In this document: positions 43,401-58,700 of the stretch, one piece after another
Layout of the letters: every line of letters starts with the position of its first letter
Position numbering within the stretch: the stretch's first letter is position 1
Assembly (NCBI GenBank): GCA_964276515.1
Contig: OZ193909.1
Span: 9,176,001 to 9,240,000, forward strand
DNA length: 64,000 nt
Source: Gordius albopunctatus
Lineage: Eukaryota
Direction: 5' to 3'
Made by a program: the position numbers and the translations under genes
Notes under the pieces: generated by a model
Seen by the model: only the letters and a program-made list of their open reading frames with translations
Database searches by the model: none
What the model was told of the DNA's origin: nothing

Positions 43401-46400
43401 TTTAGCTCAAAATATTTAAAATTATTTCCATTAACACATATTCATCCGATGAAAGTTGTTATTTTCAGACGTGTATTCCATGATAAGAAGTAAAAATTTA
43501 TCAGAATTAAATAACTATCACTTTGAAATTATCATCGCATATAGCATGTTTCAAAAATTCAGCACTCACGTCGCGATAAAACAAACTAATCGCAACAATA
43601 TAACGTCGTCTTTCCTCAAAATGATAGTTCTCGCAGCTTAAAACTTCTTATAAGGAGTCGATCGAGATTATTAGGATTCTCAAATTAGCTTACTTTTATA
43701 TATTTTTTCAAGATCTTTTACATCAAATAACAAAACATATATTTTTTTAGCTCAAAATATTTAAAATTATTTCCATTAACACATATTCATCCGATGAAAG
43801 TTGTTATTTTCAGACGTGTATTCCATGATAAGAAGTAAAAATTTATCAGAATTAAATAACTATCACTTTGAAATTATCATCGCATATAGCATGTTTCAAA
43901 AATTCAGAACTCTCGTCGCGATAAAACAAACTAATCGCAACAATATAACGTCGTCTTTCCTCAAAATGATAGTTCTCGCAGCTTAAAACTTCTTATAAGG
44001 AGTCGATCGAGATTATTAGGATTCTCAAATTAGCTTACTTTTATATATTTTTCCAAGATCTTTTACATCAAATAACAAAACATATATTTTTTTAGCTCAA
44101 AATATTTAAAATTATTTCCATTAACACATATTCATCCGATGAAAGTTGTTATTTTCAGACGTGTATTCCATGATAAGAAGTAAAAATTTATCAGAATTAA
44201 ATAACTATCACTTTGAAATCATCATCGCATATAGCATGTTTTAAAAATTCAGCACTCACGTCGCGATAAAACAAACTAATCGCAACAATATAACGTCGTC
44301 TTTCCTCAAAATGATAGTTCTCGCAGCTTAAAACTTCTTATAAGGAGTCGATCGAGATTATTAGGATTCTCAAATTAGCTTACTTTTATATATTTTTTCA
44401 AGTTCTTTTACATAAAATAACAAAATATATATTTTTTAGCTCAAAATATTTAAAATTATTTCCATTAACACATATTCATCCGATGAAAGTTGTTATTTTC
44501 AGACGTGATTTTCATGATAAGAAGTAAAAATTTATCACAATTAGATAACTATCACTTTGAAATTATCATCGCATATAGCATGTTTCAAAAATTCAGCACT
44601 CACGTCGCGATAAAACAAACTAATCGCAACAATATAACGTCGTCTTTCCTCAAAATGATAGTTCTCGCAGCTTAAAACTTCTTATAAGGAGTCGATCGAG
44701 ATTATTAGGATTCTCAAATTAGCTTGCTTTTATATATTTTTCCAAGATCTTTTACATCAAATAACAAAACATATATTTTTTTAGCTCAAAATATTTAAAA
44801 TTATTTCCATTAACACATATTCATCCGATGAAAGTTGTTATTTTCAGACGTGTATTCCATGATAAGAAGTAAAAATTTATCAGAATTAAATAACTATCAC
44901 TTTGAAATTATCATCGCATATAGCATGTTTCAAAAATTCAGCACTCACGTCGCGATAAAACAAACTAATCGCAACAATATAACGTCGTCTTTCCTCAAAA
45001 TGATAGTTCTCGCAGCTTAAAACTTCTTATAAGGAGTCGATCGAGATTATTAGGATTCTCAAATTAGCTTACTTTTATATATTTTTTCAAGATCTTTTAC
45101 ATCAAATAACAAAACATATATTTTTTTAGCTCAAAATATTTAAAATTATTTCCATTAACACATATTCATCCGATGAAAGTTGTTATTTTCAGACGTGTAT
45201 TCCATGATAAGAAGTAAAAATTTATCACAATTAGATAAATATTACTTTGAAATAATCATCGCATATAGCATGTTTCAAAAATTCAGAACTCTCGTCGCGA
45301 TAAAACAAACTAATCGCAACAATATAACGTCGTCTTTCCTCAAAATGATAGTTCTCGCAGCTTAAAACTTCTTATAAGGAGTCGATCGAGATTATTAGGA
45401 TTCTCAAATTAGCTTACTTTTATATATTTTTCCAAGATCTTTTACATCAAATAACAAAACATATATTTTTTTAGCTCAAAATATTTAAAATTATTTCCAT
45501 TAACACATATTCATCCGATGAAAGTTGTTATTTTCAGACGTGTATTCCATGATAAGAAGTAAAAATTTATCAGAATTAAATAACTATCACTTTGAAATCA
45601 TCATCGCATATAGCATGTTTTAAAAATTCAGCACTCACGTCGCGATAAAACAAACTAATCGCAACAATATAACGTCGTCTTTCCTCAAAATGATAGTTCT
45701 CGCAGCTTAAAACTTCTTATAAGGAGTCGATCGAGATTATTAGGATTCTCAAATTAGCTTACTTATATATATATTTTTTCAAGTTCTTTTACATAAATTA
45801 ACAAAAAATATATTTTTTAGCTCAAAATATTTAAAATTATTTCCATTAACACATATTCATCCGATGAAAGTTGTTATTTTCAGACGTGTATTCCATATAA
45901 GAAGTAAAAATTTATCAGAATTATATAACTATCACTTTGAAATCATCATCGCATATAGCATGTTTTAAAAATTCAGCACTCTCATCGCGATGAAACAAAC
46001 TAATCGCTACAATATAACGTCGTCTTTCCTCAAAATGATAGTTCTCGCAGCTTAAAACTTCTTATAAGGAGTCGATCGATATTAATAGGATTCTCAAATT
46101 AGCTTACTTTTATATATTTTTTCAAGATCTTTTACATCAAATAACAAAATATATATTTTTTAGCTCAAAATATTTCAAATTTTTTCCATTAAACCATATT
46201 CATCCGATGAAAGTTGTTATTTTCAGATTGTATTCCATGATAAGAAGTAAAAATTTATCACAATTAGATAAATATTACTTTGAAATAATCATCGCATATA
46301 GCATGTTTCAAAAATTCAGAACTCTCGTCGCGATAAAACAAACTAATCGCAACAATATAACGTTGTCTTTCATCAAAATGATAGTTCTCGCAGCTTAAAA

Positions 46401-49400
46401 CTTCTTATAAGGAGTCGATCGAGATTAATAGGATTCTCAAATTAGCTTACTTTTATATATTTTTCCAAGATCTTTTACATCAAATAACAAAACATATATT
46501 TTTTTAGCTCAAAATATTTAAAATTATTTCCATTAACACATATTCATCCGATGAAAGTTGTTATTTTCAGACGTGTATTCCATGATAAGAAGTAAAAATT
46601 TATCAGAATTAAATAACTATCACTTTGAAATCATCATCGCATATAGCATGTTTTAAAAATTCAGCACTCACGTCGCGATAAAACAAACTAATCGCAACAA
46701 TATAACGTTGTCTTTCCTCAAAATGATAGTTCTCGCAGCTTAAAACTTCTTATAAGGAGTCGATCGCGATTAATAGGATTCTCAAATTAGCTTACTTATA
46801 TATATATTTTTTCAAGTTCTTTTACATAAATTAACAAAAAATATATTTTTTAGCTCAAAATATTTCAAATTTTTTCCATTAAACCATATTCATCCGATGA
46901 AAGTTGTTATTTTCAGATTGTATTCCATGATAAGAAGTAAAAATTTATCACAATTAGATAAATATTACTTTGAAATAATCATCGCATATAGCATGTTTCA
47001 AAAATTCAGAACTCTCGTCGCGATAAAACAAACTAATCGCAACAATATAACGTCGTCTTTCCTCAAAATGATAGTTCTCGCAGCTTAAAACTTCTTATAA
47101 GGAGTCGATCGAGATTATTAGGATTCTCAAATTAGCTTACTTATATATATATTTTTTCAAGTTCTTTTACATAAATTAACAAAAAATATATTTTTTAGCT
47201 CAAAATATTTAAAATTATTTCCATTAACACATATTCATCCGATGAAAGTTGTTATTTTCAGACGTGTATTCCATATAAGAAGTAAAAATTTATCAGAATT
47301 ATATAACTATCACTTTGAAATCATCATCGCATATAGCATGTTTTAAAAATTCAGCACTCTCATCGCGATGAAACAAACTAATCGCAACAATATAACGTTG
47401 TCTTTCCTCAAAATGATAGTTCTCGCAGCTTAAAACTTCTTATAAGGAGTCGATCGCGATTAATAGGATTCTCAAATTAGCTTACTTATATATATATTTT
47501 TTCAAGTTCTTTTACATAAATTAACAAAAAATATATTTTTTAGCTCAAAATATTTCAAATTTTTTCCATTAAACCATATTCATCCGATGAAAGTTGTTAT
47601 TTTCAGATTGTATTCCATGATAAGAAGTAAAAATTTATCACAATTAGATAAATATTACTTTGAAATAATCATCGCATATAGCATGTTTCAAAAATTCAGA
47701 ACTCTCGTCGCGATAAAACAAACTAATCGCAACAATATAACGTCGTCTTTCCTCAAAATGATAGTTCTCGCAGCTTAAAACTTCTTATAAGGAGTCGATC
47801 GAGATTATTAGGATTCTCAAATTAGCTTACTTATATATATATTTTTTCAAGTTCTTTTACATAAAATAACAAAATATATATTTTTTATCTCAAAATATTT
47901 AAAATTATTTCCATTAACACATATTCATCCGATGAAAGTTGTTATTTTCAGACGTGATTTTCATGATAAGAAGTAAAAATTTATCACAATTAGATAACTA
48001 TTACTTTGAATTAATCATCGCATATAGCATGTTTCAAAAATTCAGCACTCTCGTCGCGATGAAACAAACTAATGGCAACAATATAACGTTGTCTTTCCTC
48101 AAAATGATAGTTCTCGCATTTTAAAACTTCTTATAAGGAGTCAATCGAGATTAATAGGATTCTCAAATTAGCGTACTTTAATATATTTTTTCAAGTTCTT
48201 TTACATAAAATAACAAAATATATATTTTTTAGCTCAAAATATTTAAAATTATTTCCATTAACACATATTCATCCGATGAAAGTTGTTATTTTCAGACGTG
48301 TATTCCATATAAGAAGTAAAAATTTATCAGAATTATATAACTATCACTTTGAAATCATCATCGCATATAGCATGTTTTAAAAATTCAGCACTCTCATCGC
48401 GATGAAACAAACTAATCGCAACAATATAACGTTGTCTTTCATCAAAATGATAGTTCTCGCATTTTAAAACTTCTTATAAGGAGTCGATCGAGATTAATAG
48501 GATTCTCAAATTAGCGTACTTTAATATATTTTTTCAAGTTCTTTTACATAAAATAACAAAATATATATTTTTTATCTCAAAATATTTAAAATTATTTCCA
48601 TTAACACATATTCATCCGATGAAAGTTGTTATTTTCAGACGTGTATTCCATGATAAGAAGTAAAAATTTATCAGAATTAAATAACTATCACTTTGAAATC
48701 ATCATCGCATATAGCATGTTTTAAAAATTCAGCACTCACGTCGCGATAAAACAAACTAATCGCAACAATATAACGTCGTCTTTCCTCAAAATGATAGTTC
48801 TCGCAGGTTAAAACTTCTTATAAGGAGTCGATCGAGATTATTAGGATTCTCAAATTAGCTTACTTATATATATATTTTTTCAAGTTCTTTTACATAAAAT
48901 AACAAAATATATATTTTTTATCTCAAAATATTTAAAATTATTTCCATTAACACATATTCATCCGATGAAAGTTGTTATTTTCAGACGTGTATTCCATATA
49001 AGAAGTAAAAATTTATCAGAATTATATAACTATCACTTTGAAATAATCATCGCATATAGCATGTTTCAAAAATTCAGAACTCTCGTCGCGATAAAACAAA
49101 CTAATCGCAACAATATAACGTTGTCTTTCATCAAAATGATAGTTCTCGCAGCTTAAAACTTCTTATAAGGAGTCGATCGAGATTAATAGGATTCTCAAAT
49201 TAGCTTACTTTTATATATTTTTTCAAGTTCTTTTACATAAAATAACAAAATATATATTTTTTAGCTCAAAATATTTAAAATTATTTCCATTAACACATAT
49301 TCATCCGATGAAAGTTGTTATTTTCAGACGTGATTTTCATGATAAGAAGTAAAAATTTATCACAATTAGATAACTATCACTTTGAAATTATCATCGCATA

Positions 49401-49799
49401 TAGCATGTTTCAAAAATTCAGCACTCACGTCGCGATAAAACAAACTAATCGCAACAATATAACGTCGTCTTTCCTCAAAATGATAGTTCTCGCAGCTTAA
49501 AACTTCTTATAAGGAGTCGATCGAGATTATTAGGATTCTCAAATTAGCTTACTTTGATATATTTTTTCAAGTTCTTTTACATAAAATAACAAAATATATG
49601 TTTTTTAGCTCAAAATATTTAAAATTATTTCCATTAACACATATTCATCCGATGAAAGTTGTTACTTTCAGACGTGTATTCCATGATAAGAAGTAAAAAT
49701 TTATGAGAATTATATAACTATCACTTTGAAATCATCATCGCATATAGCATGTTTTAAAAATTCAGCACTCTCGTCGCGATGAAACAAACTAATCGCAAC

Positions 49800-52700
49800 A
49801 ATATAACGTTGTCTTTCCTCAAAATGATAGTTCTCGCAGCTTAAAACTTCTTATAAGGAGTCGATCGCGATTAATAGGATTCTCAAATTAGCTTACTTAT
49901 ATATATATTTTTTCAAGTTCTTTTACATAAATTAACAAAAAATATATTTTTTAGCTCAAAATATTTCAAATTTTTTCCATTAAACCATATTCATCCGATG
50001 AAAGTTGTTATTTTCAGATTGTATTCCATGATAAGAAGTAAAAATTTATCACAATTAGATAAATATTACTTTGAAATAATCATCGCATATAGCATGTTTC
50101 AAAAATTCAGAACTCTCGTCGCGATAAAACAAACTAATCGCAACAATATAACGTCGTCTTTCCTCAAAATGATAGTTCTCGCAGCTTAAAACTTCTTATA
50201 AGGAGTCGATCGAGATTATTAGGATTCTCAAATTAGCTTACTTTGATATATTTTTTCAAGTTCTTTTACATAAAATAACAAAATATATGTTTTTTAGCTC
50301 AAAATATTTAAAATTATTTCCATTAACACATATTCATCCGATGAAAGTTGTTACTTTCAGACGTGTATTCCATGATAAGAAGTAAAAATTTATGAGAATT
50401 ATATAACTATCACTTTGAAATCATCATCGCATATAGCATGTTTTAAAAATTCAGCACTCTCGTCGCGATGAAACAAACTAATCGCAACAATATAACGTTG
50501 TCTTTCCTCAAAATGATAGTTCTCGCAGCTTAAAACTTCTTATAAGGAGTCGATCGCGATTAATAGGATTCTCAAATTAGCTTACTTATATATATATTTT
50601 TTCAAGTTCTTTTACATAAATTAACAAAAAATATATTTTTTAGCTCAAAATATTTCAAATTTTTTCCATTAAACCATATTCATCCGATGAAAGTTGTTAT
50701 TTTCAGATTGTATTCCATGATAAGAAGTAAAAATTTATCACAATTAGATAAATATTACTTTGAAATAATCATCGCATATAGCATGTTTCAAAAATTCAGA
50801 ACTCTCGTCGCGATAAAACAAACTAATCGCAACAATATAACGTCGTCTTTCCTCAAAATGATAGTTCTCGCAGCTTAAAACTTCTTATAAGGAGTCGATC
50901 GAGATTATTAGGATTCTCAAATTAGCTTACTTTGATATATTTTTTCAAGTTCTTTTACATAAAATAACAAAATATATGTTTTTTAGCTCAAAATATTTAA
51001 AATTATTTCCATTAACACATATTCATCCGATGAAAGTTGTTACTTTCAGACGTGTATTCCATGATAAGAAGTAAAAATTTATGAGAATTATATAACTATC
51101 ACTTTGAAATCATCATCGCATATAGCATGTTTTAAAAATTCAGCACTCTCGTCGCGATGAAACAAACTAATCGCAACAATATAACGTTGTCTTTCCTCAA
51201 AATGATAGTTCTCGCAGCTTAAAACTTCTTATAAGGAGTCGATCGCGATTAATGGGATTCTCAAATTAGCTTACTTATATATATATTTTTTCAAGTTCTT
51301 TTACATAAATTAACAAAAAATATATTTTTTAGCTCAAAATATTTCAAATTTTTTCCATTAAACCATATTCATCCGATGAAAGTTGTTATTTTCAGATTGT
51401 ATTCCATGATAAGAAGTAAAAATTTATCACAATTAGATAAATATTACTTTGAAATAATCATCGCATATAGCATGTTTCAAAAATTCAGAACTCTCGTCGC
51501 GATAAAACAAACTAATCGCAACAATATAACGTTGTCTTTCATCAAAATGATAGTTCTCGCAGCTTAAAACTTCTTATAAGGAGTCGATCGAGATTAATAG
51601 GATTCTCAAATTAGCTTACTTTTATATATTTTTTCAAGATCTTTTACATCAAATAACAAAACATATATTTTTTTAGCTCAAAATATTTAAAATTATTTCC
51701 ATTAACACATATTCATCCGATGAAAGTTGTTATTTTCAGACGTGTATTCCATGATAAGAAGTAAAAATTTATCAGAATTAAATAACTATCACTTTGAAAT
51801 CATCATCGCATATAGCATGTTTTAAAAATTCAGCACTCACGTCGCGATAAAACAAACTAATCGCAACAATATAACGTCGTCTTTCCTCAAAATGATAGTT
51901 CTCGCAGCTTAAAACTTCTTATAAGGAGTCGATCGAGATTATTAGGATTCTCAAATTAGCTTACTTTTATATATTTTTTCAAGATCTTTTACATCAAATA
52001 ACAAAACATATATTTTTTTAGCTCAAAATATTTAAAATTATTTCCATTAACACATATTCATCCGAAGAAAGTTGTTATTTTCAGACGTGTATTCCATGAT
52101 AAGAAGTAAAAATTTATCACAATTAGATAAATATTACTTTGAAATAATCATCGCATATAGCATGTTTTAAAAATTCAGCACTCTCGTCGCGATGAAACAA
52201 ACTAATCGCAACAATATAACGTCGTCTTTCCTCAAAATGATAGTTCTCGCAGCTTAAAACTTCTTATAAGGAGTCGATCGAGATTATTAGGATTCTCAAA
52301 TTAGCTTACTTTTATATATTTTTTCAAGATCTTTTACATCAAATAACAAAACATATATTTTTTTAGCTCAAAATATTTAAAATTATTTCCATTAACACAT
52401 ATTCATCCGATGAAAGTTGTTATTTTCAGACGTGTATTCCATGATAAGAAGTAAAAATTTATCACAATTAGATAAATATTACTTTGAAATAATCATCGCA
52501 TATAGCATGTTTCAAAAATTCAGAACTCTCGTCGCGATAAAACAAACTAATCGCAACAATATAACGTCGTCTTTCCTCAAAATGATAGTTCTCGCAGCTT
52601 AAAACTTCTTATAAGGAGTCGATCGAGATTATTAGGATTCTCAAATTAGCTTACTTTGATATATTTTTTCAAGTTCTTTTACATAAAATAACAAAATATA

Positions 52701-55700
52701 TATTTTTTAGCTCAAAATATTTCAAATTTTTTCCATTAAACCATATTCATCCGATGAAAGTTGTTATTTTCAGATTGTATTCCATGATAAGAAGTAAAAA
52801 TTTATCACAATTAGATAAATATTACTTTGAAATAATCATCGCATATAGCATGTTTTAAAAATTCAGCACTCTCGTCGCGATGAAACAAACTAATCGCAAC
52901 AATATAACGTTGTCTTTCCTCAAAATGATAGTTCTCGCAGCTTAAAACTTCTTATAAGGAGTCGATCGCGATTAATAGGATTCTCAAATTAGCTTACTTA
53001 TATATATATTTTTTCAAGTTCTTTTACATAAATTAACAAAAAATATATTTTTTAGCTCAAAATATTTCAAATTTTTTCCATTAAACCATATTCATCCGAT
53101 GAAAGTTGTTATTTTCAGATTGTATTCCATGATAAGAAGTAAAAATTTATCACAATTAGATAAATATTACTTTGAAATAATCATCGCATATAGCATGTTT
53201 CAAAAATTCAGAACTCTCGTCGCGATAAAACAAACTAATCGCAACAATATAACGTTGTCTTTCATCAAAATGATAGTTCTCGCAGCTTAAAACTTCTTAT
53301 AAGGAGTCGATCGAGATTAATAGGATTCTCAAATTAGCTTACTTTTATATATTTTTCCAAGATCTTTTACATCAAATAACAAAACATATATTTTTTTAGC
53401 TCAAAATATTTAAAATTATTTCCATTAACACATATTCATCCGATGAAAGTTGTTATTTTCAGACGTGTATTCCATGATAAGAAGTAAAAATTTATCAGAA
53501 TTAAATAACTATCACTTTGAAATCATCATCGCATATAGCATGTTTTAAAAATTCAGCACTCACGTCGCGATAAAACAAACTAATCGCAACAATATAACGT
53601 CGTCTTTCCTCAAAATGATAGTTCTCGCAGCTTAAAACTTCTTATAAGGAGTCGATCGAGATTATTAGGATTCTCAAATTAGCTTACTTATATATATATT
53701 TTTTCAAGTTCTTTTACATAAATTAACAAAAAATATATTTTTTAGCTCAAAATATTTCAAATTTTTTCCATTAAACCATATTCATCCGATGAAAGTTGTT
53801 ATTTTCAGATTGTATTCCATGATAAGAAGTAAAAATTTATCACAATTAGATAAATATTACTTTGAAATAATCATCGCATATAGCATGTTTCAAAAATTCA
53901 GAACTCTCGTCGCGATAAAACAAACTAATCGCAACAATATAACGTCGTCTTTTCTCAAAATGATAGTTCTCGCAGCTTAAAACTTCTTATAAGGAGTCGA
54001 TCGAGATTATTAGGATTCTCAAATTAGCTTACTTTGATATATTTTTTCAAGTTCTTTTACATAAAATAACAAAATATATGTTTTTTAGCTCAAAATATTT
54101 AAAATTATTTCCATTAACACATATTCATCCGATGAAAGTTGTTACTTTCAGACGTGTATTCCATAATAAGAAGTAAAAATTTATGAGAATTATATAACTA
54201 TCACTTTGAAATCATCATCGCATATAGCATGTTTTAAAAATTCAGCACTCTCGTCGCGATGAAACAAACTAATCGCAACAATATAACGTTGTCTTTCCTC
54301 AAAATGATAGTTCTCGCAGCTTAAAACTTCTTATAAGGAGTCGATCGCGATTAATAGGATTCTCAAATTAGCTTACTTATATATATATTTTTTCAAGTTC
54401 TTTTACATAAATTAACAAAAAATATATTTTTTAGCTCAAAATATTTCAAATTTTTTCCATTAAACCATATTCATCCGATGAAAGTTGTTATTTTCAGATT
54501 GTATTCCATGATAAGAAGTAAAAATTTATCACAATTAGATAAATATTACTTTGAAATAATCATCGCATATAGCATGTTTCAAAAATTCAGAACTCTCGTC
54601 GCGATAAAACAAACTAATCGCAACAATATAACGTTGTCTTTCATCAAAATGATAGTTCTCGCAGCTTAAAACTTCTTATAAGGAGTCGATCGAGATTAAT
54701 AGGATTCTCAAATTAGCTTACTTTTATATATTTTTCCAAGATCTTTTACATCAAATAACAAAACATATATTTTTTTAGCTCAAAATATTTAAAATTATTT
54801 CCATTAACACATATTCATCCGATGAAAGTTGTTATTTTCAGACGTGTATTCCATGATAAGAAGTAAAAATTTATCAGAATTAAATAACTATCACTTTGAA
54901 ATCATCATCGAATATAGCATGTTTTAAAAATTCAGCACTCACGTCGCGATAAAACAAACTAATCGCAACAATATAACGTCGTCTTTCCTCAAAATGATAG
55001 TTCTCGCAGCTTAAAACTTCTTATAAGGAGTCGATCGAGATTATTAGGATTCTCAAATTAGCTTACTTATATATATATTTTTTCAAGTTCTTTTACATAA
55101 ATTAACAAAAAATATATTTTTTAGCTCAAAATATTTCAAATTTTTTCCATTAAACCATATTCATCCGATGAAAGTTGTTATTTTCAGATTGTATTCCATG
55201 ATAAGAAGTAAAAATTTATCACAATTAGATAAATATTACTTTGAAATAATCATCGCATATAGCATGTTTCAAAAATTCAGAACTCTCGTCGCGATAAAAC
55301 AAACTAATCGCAACAATATAACGTCGTCTTTCCTCAAAATGATAGTTCTCGCAGCTTAAAACTTCTTATAAGGAGTCGATCGAGATTATTAGGATTCTCA
55401 AATTAGCTTACTTATATATATATTTTTTCAAGTTCTTTTACATAAATTAACAAAAAATATATTTTTTAGCTCAAAATATTTCAAATTTTTTCCATTAAAC
55501 CATATTCATCCGATGAAAGTTGTTATTTTCAGATTGTATTCCATGATAAGAAGTAAAAATTTATCACAATTAGATAAATATTACTTTGAAATAATCATCG
55601 CATATAGCATGTTTCAAAAATTCAGCACTCTCGTCGCGATGAAACAAACTAATCGCAACAATATAACGTTGTCTTTCCTCAAAATGATAGTTCTCGCATT

Positions 55701-58700
55701 TTAAAACTTCTTATAAGGAGTCAATCGAGATTAATAGGATTCTCAAATTAGCGTACTTTAATATATTTTTTCAAGTTCTTTTACATAAAATAACAAAATA
55801 TATATTTTTTATCTCAAAATATTTAAAATTATTTCCATTAACACATATTCATCCGATGAAAGTTGTTATTTTCAGACGTGTATTCCATGATAAGAAGTAA
55901 AAATTTATCAGAATTAAATAACTATCACTTTGAAATCATCATCGCATATAGCATGTTTTAAAAATTCAGCACTCACGTCGCGATAAAACAAACTAATCGC
56001 AACAATATAACGTTGTCTTTCCTCAAAATGATAGTTCTCGCAGCTTAAAACTTCTTATAAGGAGTCGATCGCGATTAATAGGATTCTCAAATTAGCTTAC
56101 TTATATATATATTTTTTCAAGTTCTTTTACATAAATTAACAAAAAATATATTTTTTAGCTCAAAATATTTCAAATTTTTTCCATTAAACCATATTCATCC
56201 GATGAAAGTTGTTATTTTCAGATTGTATTCCATGATAAGAAGTAAAAATTTATCACAATTAGATAAATATTACTTTGAAATAATCATCGCATATAGCATG
56301 TTTCAAAAATTCAGAACTCTCGTCGCGATAAAACAAACTAATCGCAACAATATAACGTCGTCTTTCCTCAAAATGATAGTTCTCGCAGCTTAAAACTTCT
56401 TATAAGGAGTCGATCGAGATTATTAGGATTCTCAAATTAGCTTACTTTGATATATTTTTTCAAGTTCTTTTACATAAAATAACAAAATATATGTTTTTTA
56501 GCTCAAAATATTTAAAATTATTTCCATTAACACATATTCATCCGATGAAAGTTGTTACTTTCAGACGTGTATTCCATGATAAGAAGTAAAAATTTATGAG
56601 AATTATATAACTATCACTTTGAAATCATCATCGCATATAGCATGTTTTAAAAATTCAGCACTCTCGTCGCGATGAAACAAACTAATCGCAACAATATAAC
56701 GTTGTCTTTCCTCAAAATGATAGTTCTCGCAGCTTAAAACTTCTTATAAGGAGTCGATCGCGATTAATAGGATTCTCAAATTAGCTTACTTATATATATA
56801 TTTTTTCAAGTTCTTTTACATAAATTAACAAAAAATATATTTTTTAGCTCAAAATATTTCAAATTTTTTCCATTAAACCATATTCATCCGATGAAAGTTG
56901 TTATTTTCAGATTGTATTCCATGATAAGAAGTAAAAATTTATCACAATTAGATAAATATTACTTTGAAATAATCATCGCATATAGCATGTTTCAAAAATT
57001 CAGAACTCTCGTCGCGATAAAACAAACTAATCGCAACAATATAACGTCGTCTTTCCTCAAAATGATAGTTCTCGCAGCTTAAAACTTCTTATAAGGAGTC
57101 GATCGAGATTATTAGGATTCTCAAATTAGCTTACTTTGATATATTTTTTCAAGTTCTTTTACATAAAATAACAAAATATATGTTTTTTAGCTCAAAATAT
57201 TTAAAATTATTTCCATTAACACATATTCATCCGATGAAAGTTGTTACTTTCAGACGTGTATTCCATGATAAGAAGTAAAAATTTATGAGAATTATATAAC
57301 TATCACTTTGAAATCATCATCGCATATAGCATGTTTTAAAAATTCAGCACTCTCGTCGCGATGAAACAAACTAATCGCAACAATATAACGTTGTCTTTCC
57401 TCAAAATGATAGTTCTCGCAGCTTAAAACTTCTTATAAGGAGTCGATCGCGATTAATGGGATTCTCAAATTAGCTTACTTATATATATATTTTTTCAAGT
57501 TCTTTTACATAAATTAACAAAAAATATATTTTTTAGCTCAAAATATTTCAAATTTTTTCCATTAAACCATATTCATCCGATGAAAGTTGTTATTTTCAGA
57601 TTGTATTCCATGATAAGAAGTAAAAATTTATCACAATTAGATAAATATTACTTTGAAATAATCATCGCATATAGCATGTTTCAAAAATTCAGAACTCTCG
57701 TCGCGATAAAACAAACTAATCGCAACAATATAACGTTGTCTTTCATCAAAATGATAGTTCTCGCAGCTTAAAACTTCTTATAAGGAGTCGATCGAGATTA
57801 ATAGGATTCTCAAATTAGCTTACTTTTATATATTTTTTCAAGATCTTTTACATCAAATAACAAAACATATATTTTTTTAGCTCAAAATATTTAAAATTAT
57901 TTCCATTAACACATATTCATCCGATGAAAGTTGTTATTTTCAGACGTGTATTCCATGATAAGAAGTAAAAATTTATCAGAATTAAATAACTATCACTTTG
58001 AAATCATCATCGCATATAGCATGTTTTAAAAATTCAGCACTCACGTCGCGATAAAACAAACTAATCGCAACAATATAACGTCGTCTTTCCTCAAAATGAT
58101 AGTTCTCGCAGCTTAAAACTTCTTATAAGGAGTCGATCGCGATTAATAGGATTCTCAAATTAGCTTACTTATATATATATTTTTTCAAGTTCTTTTACAT
58201 AAATTAACAAAAAATATATTTTTTAGCTCAAAATATTTCAAATTTTTTCCATTAAACCATATTCATCCGATGAAAGTTGTTATTTTCAGATTGTATTCCA
58301 TGATAAGAAGTAAAAATTTATCACAATTAGATAAATATTACTTTGAAATAATCATCGCATATAGCATGTTTCAAAAATTCAGAACTCTCGTCGCGATAAA
58401 ACAAACTAATCGCAACAATATAACGTCGTCTTTCCTCAAAATGATAGTTCTCGCAGCTTAAAACTTCTTATAAGGAGTCGATCGAGATTATTAGGATTCT
58501 CAAATTAGCTTACTTTGATATATTTTTTCAAGATCTTTTACATCAAATAACAAAACATATATTTTTTTAGCTCAAAATATTTAAAATTATTTCCATTAAC
58601 ACATATTCATCCGATGAAAGTTGTTATTTTCAGACGTGTATTCCATGATAAGAAGTAAAAATTTATCAGAATTAAATAACTATCACTTTGAAATCATCAT

